Shown here piece by piece: positions 1-13,475 of a stretch of 64,000 bases of DNA. The stretch lies in assembly GCA_040954595.2 (NCBI GenBank), contig CM082591.2, forward strand, positions 4,263,957 through 4,327,956, read 5' to 3'. The first letter of the stretch is position 1. Each line of letters begins with the position of its first letter. A program made the position numbers and the translations under genes. The stretch is from Balanoglossus misakiensis. Lineage: Eukaryota > Animalia > Hemichordata. The notes under the pieces were generated by a model. It did no database searches and had not been told where the DNA came from. It saw only the letters and a list, made by a program, of their open reading frames with translations.

Positions 1-2689
1 TTTCCTAGTCTCAGAAAACATCAAAGTAAGAATAGTGGCCTTGTAGTATTGAATGAATGCAACGACAGGCCTTCGGTGTTTACCATGGCAACTCAGTTAC
101 GAGTCTGAAAACAATGAACGATCACCGCATATAAATGACTGTCCAACGACTATAAATAGACTGTCCTGTTATTAAAAATCAAGCTATATCTGAAACAATT
201 TTCAGAGTTTCCAGAACAGCTCAAGCTACTTTAAGAAATGAATGAACATGTCTACATGAAATTGACATATGAACGAGTAACATGTGCGTTACACAGCACT
301 ATGGCGTCCGATGTCAACCCGGTAGTCGATCGGGGATAAACATACGTGCGTCGCTTGACGCTATATGCTCAGCACAGATGAATAGAAGAGCAACAATGAT
401 AAGGATGATATTAGCTGTCAAATTGGAGGTTTTGCCGCATTGGAAGATAACGCTTCGCGTCAGTAAGGGAATAATCGACCACTAAATTCAAAGTTCAGGA
501 ATCTTACCGCCGCCGCCATTTTGGAATGCAGGGGTTGATGGGAAGTTAGAAATAATATCAATCCGCGGTAAAGCGCACTGTTGTGTGACCAGGCTGGTAT
601 ATTCAAGCGCGAATAAATGTAGTGCAAAATCCAGCATAATGTAGACGTCTTATAAAGCATAGTAATTTTCAATGGCGATAGCTTACTAAATAATACGCAC
701 TGCACGTATTGAAACAGACCACGCGCAAGTTAAATAATGTAAACTGGCCAGCTAGCCGATGTAGAAGAATACGCATGCGCACTAAACTTGAAATCCAGGA
801 ACTTTCTGAAATTTCATTTCACAGATGTTTTTGAGAGACTTGAACGATCATTTCTGACTAGCCTTTTCAAATGAAAGTAGCTTACATTCCTGCTAACATC
901 TCTAACGCACTGTTTAAAAACTTGTTGACCCTTTAGGCTATTTATCGGAAATACTCCCACTGTCGCGACGAGAGTATTTTCATTGACAGTAGATTCCTTG
1001 ATATACTTCAAATATACAGTGCGGCAAGCATTATGCTGCGTAAGCCGTTCTCTGTTCTTGTTCTATATCTTACAGCTATGCCCGCCCCACTTTCCAAGCT
1101 CTCCCTACCCCAGTTCTTACTCTTTCTTCCCATGTCACGCGACAGAGTCATGAGAAGAGCCAGGACAGCAAAATAACAAATGAAATCACCCCTTGGGCGA
1201 TCCATATATACTTTTCATACCGAACCTTTCATTCTCGTTTCGTAAATAACGTCGAAATCTGTCCCACTCAGTTCTGGGGCAACAATATATAAAGAAAGTG
1301 CACTGCTTTTTGGGGGCATAACCGCGCGACCCGACCTATAATCCACCGTGGCAGTTTCTCGTCAACAACATTTCAATTCTCATAACTCATGAAAAATGTC
1401 AAAACTGAAATATCAAAATTTCAATGAAATTCCTGAAACCTGAAAGTTTTATTTCATTGCCATCACGATTTTTGAAGAATTATATTCCATGGATGGCCTT
1501 GACTTCACAGCAACAACCCAATATATTTATTGAACATTGATCAGATTTCGATGTTTTGGCTACAGTTGCAAAACACCCGGGCCAAACTGTCAACCAAACT
1601 GACCAGATTGTTTGGAAGTGAAACGGTGCGCGTCTGTCACTGTCAGCAACGTTGACGACAAATAACGGATATCCTTATAGAAAATGGTAAGCGGAGACGA
1701 CAAACTTTCTTCGCAATATTGAAAATGACACCACTAAGCTTCAAAGCAGCTGATTATTATGGAATTATGTGATGGATTTGAATTTTCTCCTAACAAATTG
1801 CGCCCGGGGCATTCTTGTTAAGAAGACTATAGAAATCTCAGCTGGGGGAAATGTGACGTCAATTCAGCGCCGTCAGTTGATTGACTACGTCTTTCTTCAT
1901 AACTGTCCGCGCCAATTGAGGAAAAAAATTCAAATCTAATCCGGAATAATTGAAATGCCGCAGTACACTCGTGGCCAAAATGTACCCCGAACTGAGTTGA
2001 GCGACTCATGAGTTAAAGATACTGAAGCCAGGTGTGAAGTCGCTGAGCCATATTCGCTCCCCTCCGCGGGTAGACAAACAGGCAGTAAAGAACTGGTGTA
2101 ACATAAACTCTCGTATGAGAACACGGAAGCTCAAAACCATGAAAAGTGCATGCGTTGCTTTCACTGAGCGTGCGAAAAAAGACACATACAGAAATCATAG
2201 CAGAACATTTGGCCCAAAGTTTGTTGCGCACACCAACATTTGTTCCCCAAAACAATGCCCGCCTAAGCAGCAGCAACAGGCTGTCGGGAAATCAGACGAT
2301 AACAAGGTTGAATTTAGCCATGCAGAGTGTCTAATCCGTCGATGCTCGAGGCTCTAGAAGATTAGTGTATCGGAACATCTGTGCCTATCATTCATTATTG
2401 ATCATTGAAAAGTGCAGTACACGGTATATCCGACTGTACTACACATGATACGTAGAAACGTCTATACGACGCAAACTTTTCTGGATTTTCTATGTCTGTC
2501 GGTCTGTGTGTCTGCTCCCCCCTTCCCTCTCTCGGTCGGTGCGTCAGTGCAGAGATGCAGGAAGGAACCATTTCCGCACTGAACTGTCGAGTTCCCTCGA
2601 TTTTGTTGGCAATGGTTTCTCCTCGGTGACGTATATCTCGCCTACTTTGCATATAGTCGACTTGTCTTTGAAACTTGTACGCGCACAAC

Positions 2690-4096
2690 ATGAAACTCTG
2701 GAGACGCAGTCCCAGCAGCATCACCATGGAGTCCTCGGCCGCCTTCGCCATCCTCATCGCCGCCGTGTTGGCCGCTTCGCCGCTCATGGCAACGGCAACC
2801 ACGCCGCTGCACATCGCCGTCCTTCTCCCCCTCACCTCGGTTCCCCGCTGGCTGAGCAGTCTCTCCCACCAGTGCCTGGTTGCCATAGAAATGGCCGTGG
2901 AGGACATCAACAACAGATCGGACCTCTTGGCTGACTACCAGTTGAACATCGTGGCCAACGACACTAAGGCAAGTTGCCGTATTGTACCAATCAAGGTGTC
3001 TATATTTATAAAGCACCGGACAAATATTTCTTGGGAGGGATTCCTTTGTATTTTCTTCTGTGTGCAGGGATGTAAGCTCTGTATAAAGGCTATGAAGGTT
3101 TTATTAAAAAGAAAGATTAGCTTTAAATTCATTACTAGGCTAATGGCTTTCTTTTGAATAAGTTTGACCAATACTCAAAAGATTGTTTGGCCCCATAAGA
3201 CTTTCCGATAACGACGGGAAAACCTGTCTCTGTTTCTTGCAGGGTTCGCAAGGAATTGCTTTAAATTTGCTGTACGATCACCTGTATTCGCCGCCGACGA
3301 AAATTGCCGTATTTGGCGAGATCATGTCGTCGATCACGGAACCCACGGCGGAAGTGAGCGGACTGTGGAATGTCCTGCAGGTAAATACATGTATAATACA
3401 ATGTATACACGTACATGTACATGTATGCAGCATTGTGCACGTCAGCGTATGTATACGGCACGTACATGTAGAGTGGTACTAGATACATGTACTCGGTATT
3501 TCCATTGGTTGTAATTCACACCTCCTTCGTGATCAAATCATATATCCTTTTCAGAACTCCACGAGATCTTGACATGCTAATCTGTGTAGACTGTCAACCT
3601 TCTGTATATACCCACTTTAATCTTCCGCAATTATACTGTGCACCGGACACACCTGAAACGTTTGAGATGATTAGCTCTAAGATGTCCGGTTAAAATCCCA
3701 AGCTACAAAGCAGCGAGAACTTCATTTCCGTTCCATATTCATTCGATCTGGGGATTCCATCTGGGATCTTCCCTCAAAGATACACATTTTCCGTGCGCCA
3801 GGTGCTCTGTGCGAGAGATTAAAAGTCGCTCTGTGTTGAAAACCGATCTGTTTTGAAAACCTAGCCTTTCCAGACCGTGAGTTTTTTTCTTCTGAGAGAA
3901 CCCAACAACTGGCTTTGTCGCCATGGTTACCTAAGGTGACGATAATGAGTGATGATAACGAGAAATATGACATGCGTGTGACCATGAAAGTTCCAGAGTA
4001 TATCCACTATGTGTCTTTTCTCCTATCTTGCTGCAAGGGCATTACTTATATTATCGCTGACAGAATATTCTACCAAACCATATTTTTCATTTATTC

Positions 4097-4169
<73 letters not shown>

Positions 4170-7100
4170 ACACCCAGTTTGCATTTGCAACGTCCTCCAT
4201 GAGTCTGTCAGACAGGAGCACCTACCCCTACTTCTTTCGCACGACGACATCGGCCGCAGACATGAACCCAGCCGTGCGGGACATCATGCGTCAGTTTGGA
4301 TGGTATCGCGTCGCCACGCTTCACCACGCGGTGGAACCTCATTCAGGGGTAAGATCTTCAGCGCCTGAATTCTCTTTTGTTTTTGGGGGGGAAGGGGGGC
4401 ACATCTTCCATGGCAATAAACACGGCCACTCCACAAGTCTTATGTGTACTTCTGATGCGTACTTCCCCACCCATAAGAGAGCCATTTCTTGTAATCTATG
4501 AATACCGCACCACCACATGCAAACCACGGATTTGATGTAATTACCAATAACGCACGTATACAGGGAAATGTAAAAAATACGATGACTGCAAAGAAATATG
4601 ATAAAACAGTGCCCGCACTTCCGTTTCCCCGAGAAATTCTTCAAGCCTCTATAGTTTTCCTTCTAGGTCACTAATCATCTGTTATCGGTGTTGCAATCAA
4701 CAAATATCACTGTGGAATCAGCGGAGAGTTTTTCTGGAAATCCAAGCGATGCTCTGCAGAGACTCAAGGTATGTAGCCCAGGGGGCAGTTCAATCATATT
4801 TGGGTTCATTGTAATTATTTATGGATGGGTAGATGGAAGGATGGATGGATGGAGGGATGGATTGAAGGTTTAGTGGGATTGGATGGTTGGAGGTAGGGAT
4901 ATAGATATAGATAGATAAAGATAAATAGATAGACAGACAGATAGATAGATAGATATCTAACTGTCTCCTTCCTTCCCTCCCTCCGTCCCTCCGACCCTCC
5001 CCTCTGTCCGTCCCTGCCTCCCTCCCTCATCCCCCTTCCAACATGTTCTCTAATTAAACTCTGAATCTGTCTGACACTCTAGGCGAAAGATGTGAGGATC
5101 GTGGTCGTGAATGTCTATGAATCAACGGCCAGGCAAATATTCTGTCAGGTGAGTAGTTTGGTTTCCTTGATAAAATGTCAACGATATTTTGTATGGAATT
5201 CGGTGCATTAATTTCAGTATTTTTTTAGATACACTGTATCGCGTAAAATAAAGCATGCACGTACGGACGCACGCACAAACGCACGTGCGAACGAACGAAA
5301 GGACAGACAGACATCGTAACGATGTCAATGTAACCTCTATATGTTTGTCTTGATTCCACAGTTATGCGCGAATTTTGAATCTGTCACTCTTACCGCGATC
5401 GCGATAGCTGATGGACTCGCAAAAACGCCAACAGGAATAATAATGATTTTCTTATAATTTGCCCATTAAATCAGATCGGATTAGCGTAAAAATGACGTTA
5501 TCGCAGTCAACCAAATTGATGGACAAAACATCCGGATTAACTGTGCACTCGGCAATTAATACACGTCTTCACGAAATAAACGATGATAATCCCGAAGAAG
5601 CGCCTATACAGGCGTATAGTTATATAGATGATGGATTCGCGACAATCTCCCAACGATGCTTTGTCCGAGAACAAGTGAAGAAAATTAAAATTAGTCTCGA
5701 GGGGGCGTATCTTCCCAATGTCAGTGTCAAATACGCGCATATAGTATGAAACGAGTAACAGAGATTACATTCATCCAATATGTGTTCTACGTTACTTTAA
5801 AAAAACTCTGCAAAACTTGGATGACAAAATAGTCTTCGTGATCACGGTATCTGTGCAAATGCTGCCATCGCCTCTGGCAATTCCCGTTGAAGCGATGACG
5901 CGATGTTCGCGGCTGCTTTGTGGAAAGGCACGTTTCCATCAAAAATTTAAACTTTGATACAAAAATCCAAGAGCGATCACAACCGCCGTAACGAACGCTT
6001 TATGCGATTTATCGGTGAACATGCCACGTAAGCATTCATTTCGACAGCCTCGAAGTGCAAAGACACCCGATGGATTGTCACGTGTATAATGGCTCATTGA
6101 TCTACAAGTACGTCATAATAAAGCTACACCCCTCTGGGATCGACTCAATTCTCTAAACCGCTCATTCTGTCCTTTATTCCCCAAAATTGTAATTTTGCGA
6201 ACCCACATTCAAATCCCAGGTCGCAAACGAAAACGTTTGTCACGATCCCGTTTCCGTGAAAGTCAGCGATTCACCAATTCCCCGAATAGATTTGTGACCG
6301 CCGGCCATTTTGAAATGCCAAGGGTTAGTCACTTTGAGTCAAACGCGAACCATTGCTGTTGTCCCAGAAATTGAATACCAGTTCCTGGGTTTCTTAATGT
6401 GAATGTGTGTACGTTGAACTTTTCTTCTGTGGTGCTTAAGATGGGCTACATCACTTACATTACAGTTCAACATATGACAAGTATGCCGTCTAAATCTGTA
6501 CAACGTTTAAGCTTCTCATTTCTTTAACTTTTACTTCAAATTTTACTCTATTACTTTCAAGGCTTCCGTACTTGTAAGCTTTAGCAAAATATACATTTTT
6601 GTCGTTTGTCAGACTCCTGACAAATGAGGGCTATTTCCATTTCTAGGCTTACAAATTAAGTATGTTCGGTGAGAAGTACGCTTGGTTTTTGCCCGGATAC
6701 TACAGCTTGGAGTGGTGGCGCCGAGGTGGTCCGGAAATCAATTGTACGGTGGCCGAAATGGAAGAAGCAATCGAGGGCTACATGACTGTTACATTCAGCA
6801 TGAATAGTCTGGATGATGACGTCACTGTTTCTAGCAAGGTAATGTTGTAATTGGGAATTACAGAAGACGGCCTTGTTGTTGGGTTGTTGCTTATTTTTTA
6901 ACAAGGAGATTAGTGTTATGGACGGTGGGTTTTTTTTTTTTTTTTTTTTGGGGGGGGGGGGGAGTCCGGGAATGATGAACACAACACAACGTTACGCAAT
7001 GCACACAACAGGCAACAAAACACATCACGACACGATACAGCACAGCACAATTGCAACATAACACACAACAACACAATCATCCAAGTTCTGTTTTATCTAA

Positions 7101-10100
7101 AATTTCAGACACCGACAGAATTCCGTTCAGAGGCGCGTGCGCTGCTGGGCGTCGACGTGGACTTGGGACAGAGCCCCGCCGCGAACGCCTACGACTCGAC
7201 CTGGGCGACTGCCTTCGCTTTGAACGATTCACTGCCGGTCATTGCACCGAAAACCCTTGACACGTTCGAGTACTTCGACGGGGATATGGCAGACGTGTTT
7301 GTTGAAAAGATGGAGGCTTTGTCATTCAAGGGCGTGTCGGTAAGCTTAATGTGACCATTATCGTTTTGACGATAGAACCGATCTGTAACCCGGCGGGCAT
7401 AAAGAATATGACACGACGGACAGTTTCTGTAACTGACACCCAATTAACGCATATGTGTCATATATTGCTGTTGCGCTGTCGCATATCAGGTGTCTCCATA
7501 TCTATCAAAACTACCTTTAAGGGAAATTTTCCTACGAGAAACTATAGTATATGTACATCGAAATATTTACCTAATTGAAATTTTCATCAACATGCCTAAA
7601 GTATTCGGGTCAAAGATAACATATAGTACAGTTTTCTCGTTTTTTGCGCTCTTTTATCAGCGAAAATTGCGTTTATTATATTTCTCAGTTGCACTATCAA
7701 TCTAAATAATTCATGAAACTAAAGTCGTTATCTCCTTTCCTTCTGGTTACTTCTATATCTTATCATATCTTAAGGAAACAGAACCCATCCGTATAACTTT
7801 TCCTTAAAGGAACACAAAAAAATAATAAAAGGAAATTTTTGGATTATATTGTTCCATAAACCGCATTGAGTAAAAACGACAAAGCCAGCCCATTGCTTTT
7901 CAGAAAATCAAAAAGGAAGTCGTCTTATCCCAATCAGCTTATCGGTTTGATCACGAGGTTTACTGATAAGGAGAGCAGAGAACCTTGAAACGTTCAATTC
8001 TATACCGATGCCGTTCTACAAGATACCACATGCAATGCGCTCGGATGCTGCAAGCAGAATCACGAAAAGCTCATGCAATCAAAACTATTTCATCTCTGAA
8101 TTAATGTAACGCCGATTTTCATTGGTCGACAGGGCCACATAAGCTTCAAGGGCGCGGACAGACAGGGGCCGTTCCTCATAGAACAGTGGAGAGGTGAGTT
8201 TGGCTAGTTAACCTGTTAACAGTCACACATCAGTTGTTCAACCATATACATACATGAGAGAGACCGCCATATAATAGCAATGTGGGATAAATATGTCTCG
8301 AAGTCGTCAGTTTGAAATAAAATGGCTGACAACATATCATGGAAGACATTTGGATCTTGAGTTTGTATCTCGTTATTGTGTAGATGGTACATCCGGGCAT
8401 TTCAAAATAAAGCGACAACAGTAAAATAAGCGAATCGCCACCAAGCTAAACCGTCAGATGATTTTTCCGAATTTCTGTCATCTTTACATTTATTGTGACT
8501 TGCATTTTGCTGGAAAATATCTGTTTCGAGATCACGAAGCAGAATCTTACAATGTCTTGCGTTATCTTTGCAGACGGACAGGAGCTCGTTATTGGTGTCT
8601 ATGATAGGGAGAAGCCCATTTTGTGGTATCTAAACGAGGCGGAAATTTGGGAATCAAAAGGTAACTGCCACGAAAAAATTTAGAAGTGTATTTTTATGAT
8701 ACATTGTTGGCAGGGTCTCCCTAGCGTACAGTTGGAACTACCGATGGTGTGTTTATAAACAGAAAAGTCACACATGCGCAGTTCTGACGACCCTTTACTT
8801 TAACATTATTTTATCACAACAATAGGTGGCAGACCTCCATACGACTCAGATAAGACAGTGACCATCAGTATCCCAAAAATCATTCCTCAGGCCAATGTCT
8901 ACGCCGTCACGTGTGTCTCTGGCCTGGCCATCATAATCTCAACAACATTTCTCGTCTTCAACGTTAGATACAGGAGAGAGAAGTAAGTCATGACCTTGTC
9001 TTTGAATGAAAAATCAAAGTAGACGGATTGCTTGTTTCCACGATAAAGAAGTCGCATGAAAACTAACCCAAACAGAGAGCACTTGATAACATTACTGAGA
9101 AAAGTTAACCATGAATGGCTAACATGTAGCATTAGTGTCTGGATTCTATTTTGATTCCAGGTTCGTTAAGATGTCAAGTCCGAATCTCAACAATGTCATA
9201 ATTGCCGGAAATATTCTTGTTTGTGTGTTTGTGATTTTAATGGGGATCGACAGTGGCGTTGTCAACAACGCCGCGTACCTGGCGATCAGCAAGGTAGGTT
9301 AAAGAGTACAGGACAATACAAAACCAAAACAGGCAGCAGCTCTTGGGTTCCTGAATCAGATATCCATCTCCTCTTCATTCACAGATCTGACTTTGTGCTG
9401 AAGGCCTGCAATGTCTTCTTGTTTTGTCGATTTTGAAGTTTCTGGATGGTTTTACACGTACATATTTTGGTAAAATGACCCGAAGGAATTATATATACAT
9501 TGAGTACAATGTCCCTTAATGTGCTTTGCAGGCAAAGGTGTGGGCTATCACCATAGGATTTACCCTAGCCTTTGGCTCCATGTTCGCCAAGACCTGGCGG
9601 GTCTACAGTATCCTGATTCACGAGAAGACAAAAAAGAAGTCTATAAAAGATCGCCACCTGGGCATTATGGTGTCCGTCATGCTTCTCATTGACGTCATCA
9701 TTTTGACCGTCCGTGAAGTTGTCGACCCGATGATGGTCCGGGAAATAAGAGTCGCCCAGCCACAGGTTGGTTGATTGATAACCGATTATTTTTCAAACAA
9801 GTTATAGTATTGGACTGTGTTGCTTAATTTCGCGGGATTTGGTTCAAAAGACGACAAAATGTGGGGTGGGGGCTAAAGTAAGGTAGGTACCGATTTGTCG
9901 AAACCGGATATTGGATAAGAGATTCTCTAAAAAGTACCATATGCCGGTATTTGTATGTTCCCTTGTTGACCACGTGCGCCCCGGCGTGTCAGTCTGCGCA
10001 GGCTTGGGCGCGCCAGGAAATGACGTATCACGCACTGATTGGTTGACTGTTTTGACTCTGTTTCAGACCAACGAGGATGTTGTGGCTCTCGTCAGGTATG

Positions 10101-11999
10101 AGCATCTGTACGTCGAGTGCTACTCCAAGCTGGGCGTGGTGTGGCTGGCTGTATTGACAGCCTACAAAGGTCTCATGTTGATATTCGGATCATTTCTGTC
10201 CTGGCAAACCAGGTGAGAATGGCGTGAAGTAAGGCTGCATTCACAAACACCTCTGGAGGGGGGGGCAGGAGAATTGAGGGGGGGGATTTGAAAAAATTGA
10301 GGGTATGTAAGGGGGGGATTTGAAATAATTTAGGGACTGAAAGGGGGGGACTTGAAAACTTTAACGACTAAATATTTATTTTGAGTCCACAAAAATGCAG
10401 TTTCGCGCCCTATATTTGACAAAATTTTCTAATGTGGGAGGGGGACACCCCCTCCCACACCCACCCCCTCCATTCATCAACACCTGTCAATCATTGACTG
10501 GTTTATCTAGTGTCCCAGGTCAGGGGACTTGCCCCACCCCATGATAACTTTGAGCGGCGACGGTTAAATTTGTCCTCCCCAACATACCGGTAGTTGAGTT
10601 AATTTGCTTTTGCCGGGTTCATTAAAATGCAGCTTTGAGCTCTGTATTTTAGAAAATGTTCTTACGTGGGAGGGGGACACCCCCTTCAATTCTCAGTTTA
10701 CAATGTCTCCCAACACAGAATACAAATATATGTACTTAAAAAATAAAAACAATGTTCAGTTTTAATACCCACTGATGAGGGGAAACATCAGTTTCAAATT
10801 CTTTTCATGGGAGCGCTGTTTTTCTTTTTACAAGATAGATAGGTGATGTGTTTTGCTCTGTGAAAGAAAATGGGGGGGGGGGAGATTTCAAATTTTTGGC
10901 AGTTCGGAAGGGGGGATTTGAAAATATTGGCAGTTCGGAAGGGGGGCATGTGAAAATTAGCGGTAAAAAAAATTGAATTCTCCCGCCCCCCCCTCCAGAG
11001 GTGTTTGTGAATGCAGCCTAAAGTTCTTAGAGAATCGTCGGGTACGAGTTCATGAACTGTGTTGTGTGTACATACAACCGCATGATGTGTCCACGTGCAC
11101 GAGGCGTGATGGCATGAAATAAGCCCGCTACATAGTGTACGTTTTCCACGACTATACATTCATCAAATCCATCCAACTATTTTCAGGAACATCAGCGTGG
11201 AAGGCTTGAATGACAGCAAGCAGATAGCACTGTCCATCTACAACGTGGTCATATGCTGCGTCATAACCTTGCCGCTGTCGCTGCTGATCAAATCTGACCT
11301 CGGTATATCTTATGCCATGACTGGCGGTTTCATCCTCTTTTCTACAGTGGTCACTTTGTGTATGTTATTCGTCCCAAAGGTGAGTGCATCTATGGCATAG
11401 TATTATACACATACAGTGCAGTTTCACTGTTGACAGTAGACTAATTGTCAGCAATAGCATTGTTGATTATACGTACAAGTAAAGGCAAGGATGCCAAGCT
11501 GAAACACCATGTTTTAAGGAGGACACTAAACTATTGTTGATACACAGAATAAATATACTGAAAATATTACCTCAAGATGTCACCGATTATTTATTCATTT
11601 CGTAATGGTGCAGATATTAAAAATTAATAATGTGAAAAAACATTTTCTTGGCAAGATCATTTCAATGGGCACAGGTGCATGCTGCATCATGTCCACCGGC
11701 TTTGCACGTTTGCTTCCAGGCGGCAATATTAGTATTTTTCGTTTATTATTTATCTTCCTCAAATATGCACATCCAATCAATAGTGTATACAAACCCCTCA
11801 GAAAATACACAACCTAATTTACTTATAAAACTAAAATCACGAATGTCTGCTCCCACAGATAAGTGCCGTTTTTCGGAAGACGAATACCATAGCGACTGAG
11901 GAAACCCAACATAACTTCAAGTTCAACACAACTACAAACGCAGCATCGACTACAAATGAACCATCGGCAACAAAGAGCACTATGATATCGCATCACTAA
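2690..11999 (+). CDS. GABA-B receptor-like class C GPCR (Venus flytrap + 7TM), 15 exons: 2690/2726-2968, 3243-3380, 4178-4348, 4667-4768, 5083-5148, 6647-6838, 7109-7339, 8133-8193, 8574-8660, 8826-8982, 9161-9293, 9532-9765, 10067-10212, 11187-11379, 11859-11999
   Basis: Signal peptide; AIEMAVEDINNRSDLLADYQL; LSDRSTYPYFFRT; AYDSTWATAFALN; VKMSSPNLNN; GFTLAFGSMFAKTWRVY; YKGLMLIFGSFLSWQTR; LNDSKQIALSIYNV; LFVPK. Splice phases are consistent. No cysteine-rich domain, as expected for GABA-B type. Confidence 0.93.
4101..4168. repeat. (TCTG)n microsatellite directly upstream of a splice acceptor
   Basis: Perfect tctg tandem run. Confidence 0.97.
10233..11018. mobile_element. Non-autonomous PIF/Harbinger-type MITE in a GPCR intron
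   Basis: TIRs GGCTGCATTCACAAACACCTCTGGAGGGGGGG.../...CCCCCCCTCCAGAGGTGTTTGTGAATGCAGCC, TAA on both sides, and G-rich subterminal repeats. Confidence 0.85.
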
Positions 12000-13475
12000 C
12001 AAGACGTAGGCTACAGTCACTAACAAAAATTGCCCAGTCATCTGTTCGTCTTATGATGGCGCCAACTCGCAAGACCAGCCAAAACAGCGTCCATACACTT
12101 TGTAGTCTAGCACCTAGCCGTATTTTCCCAGCTTTGCTTCTTAAACTACGTCTAGGGTCATGCCTACCACTGACCTAGCCTGATACCCCTTGCTGGGAAT
12201 TGTGATGTAACTATAGCATCCCCTTGAAGTCACTCACAGACTTTGTTTTTCCAATGATTGGGCCACGGATATACATATGTGTAGTGAAGGATATGTAACA
12301 TTTTAAATTCAAATTAGCCCTGCCTTCACTATAATCTTACACCCAATTACCATTGTTCAGTTTATGTCATACAACAGCCATTTTTCACTGAGATATTTTT
12401 CATTGTCAACATACTAGTATGTTAGTGAGTTTAATATTTGATGATTCTAACTTCACAAAGATTGACATTTGTCCATACCAAGACTTTTTGTGAGCACTTC
12501 GTTCTGTTGATCGCCTCCTTGAATGTTTTGCGAATGTATTCAGTTTTTTTTTATCCGGTATTTCTTGTGGTTTGCTCCTTACAGCATGCCAATTGCCTGT
12601 ATTTTGCCTGCATCTCAATATCACGTGTAACGATCAGATGTTGCTGGCAAAAGATTTCAACCCCGGAATCAAATTACATTTTCTTCACTGTAACATTGGT
12701 GACTGTAGATGTGTCAGATGTATTGATTGAGCGAAATACTGCCTGTGAGTTTTATTTTCATGTTGGTTGGAAGAAGTTGAAAAAGTCATTGATATACCGA
12801 ATCCGCGAACAAATCTAGAGCAAAATAGCCCAAAGTTACTGCTAATTGAGCTCCACGTTAACAACGGGAAGTCGAGTGTCGAATTGTTAAACTCGCAACC
12901 ACACACCGTCTGTGAGATTAGTCGGTAGTCCTCACTCTCCAGGCAATTCGTATCACCTTGAATGTTTAATTGGACAGAACGCTGTTCGCGGAACACCTGA
13001 CTGTTTAAACGGCCTTCGAACTAAATCTGACTCCGAGCCTTAATCCTGTATTTGACTCGCGTAAAAAATAGACTTTCTTGCTAAATGTCACTGACGTAGA
13101 TCTGTGAGTTATTACCACAAGATGCAGCTAACGGAGATCTAACATTGACTATAATTCAAAAACAATATTTTCATGTTTCCAGTGTCAGTAGCAGATGGAG
13201 CTCAACCAGTGAATAAATTACAAAACGACAGATTTTTGTGTGATTGGTTTATTTGTTAACAGCCTCTTCCCCAGTACTTTGGTCAGTCTGGTCAAACAAA
13301 CATATTTGTGTTAATTGGAAGAATATTCTAGATAGAAAATGTTCCCTCTTGATCGGGGATTGATTGAGACAGGTCTACGGTGAATTGCATCCCTACTCTG
13401 TCAACAGATGTATGGATCTGTGAAATTATTGTCTGTTTTTGCTGTTTGACTGTCTCAACAACAGACACGCCAACT

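Noticed and set aside
1-2600. Short ORFs upstream of the GPCR
   Set aside because: No recognisable domains or splice-consistent chain; probably intergenic DNA and decayed repeats.
5340-6560. CpG-rich intronic stretch that may be a transposon
   Set aside because: I could not define TIRs, a TSD or coding remnants by eye.
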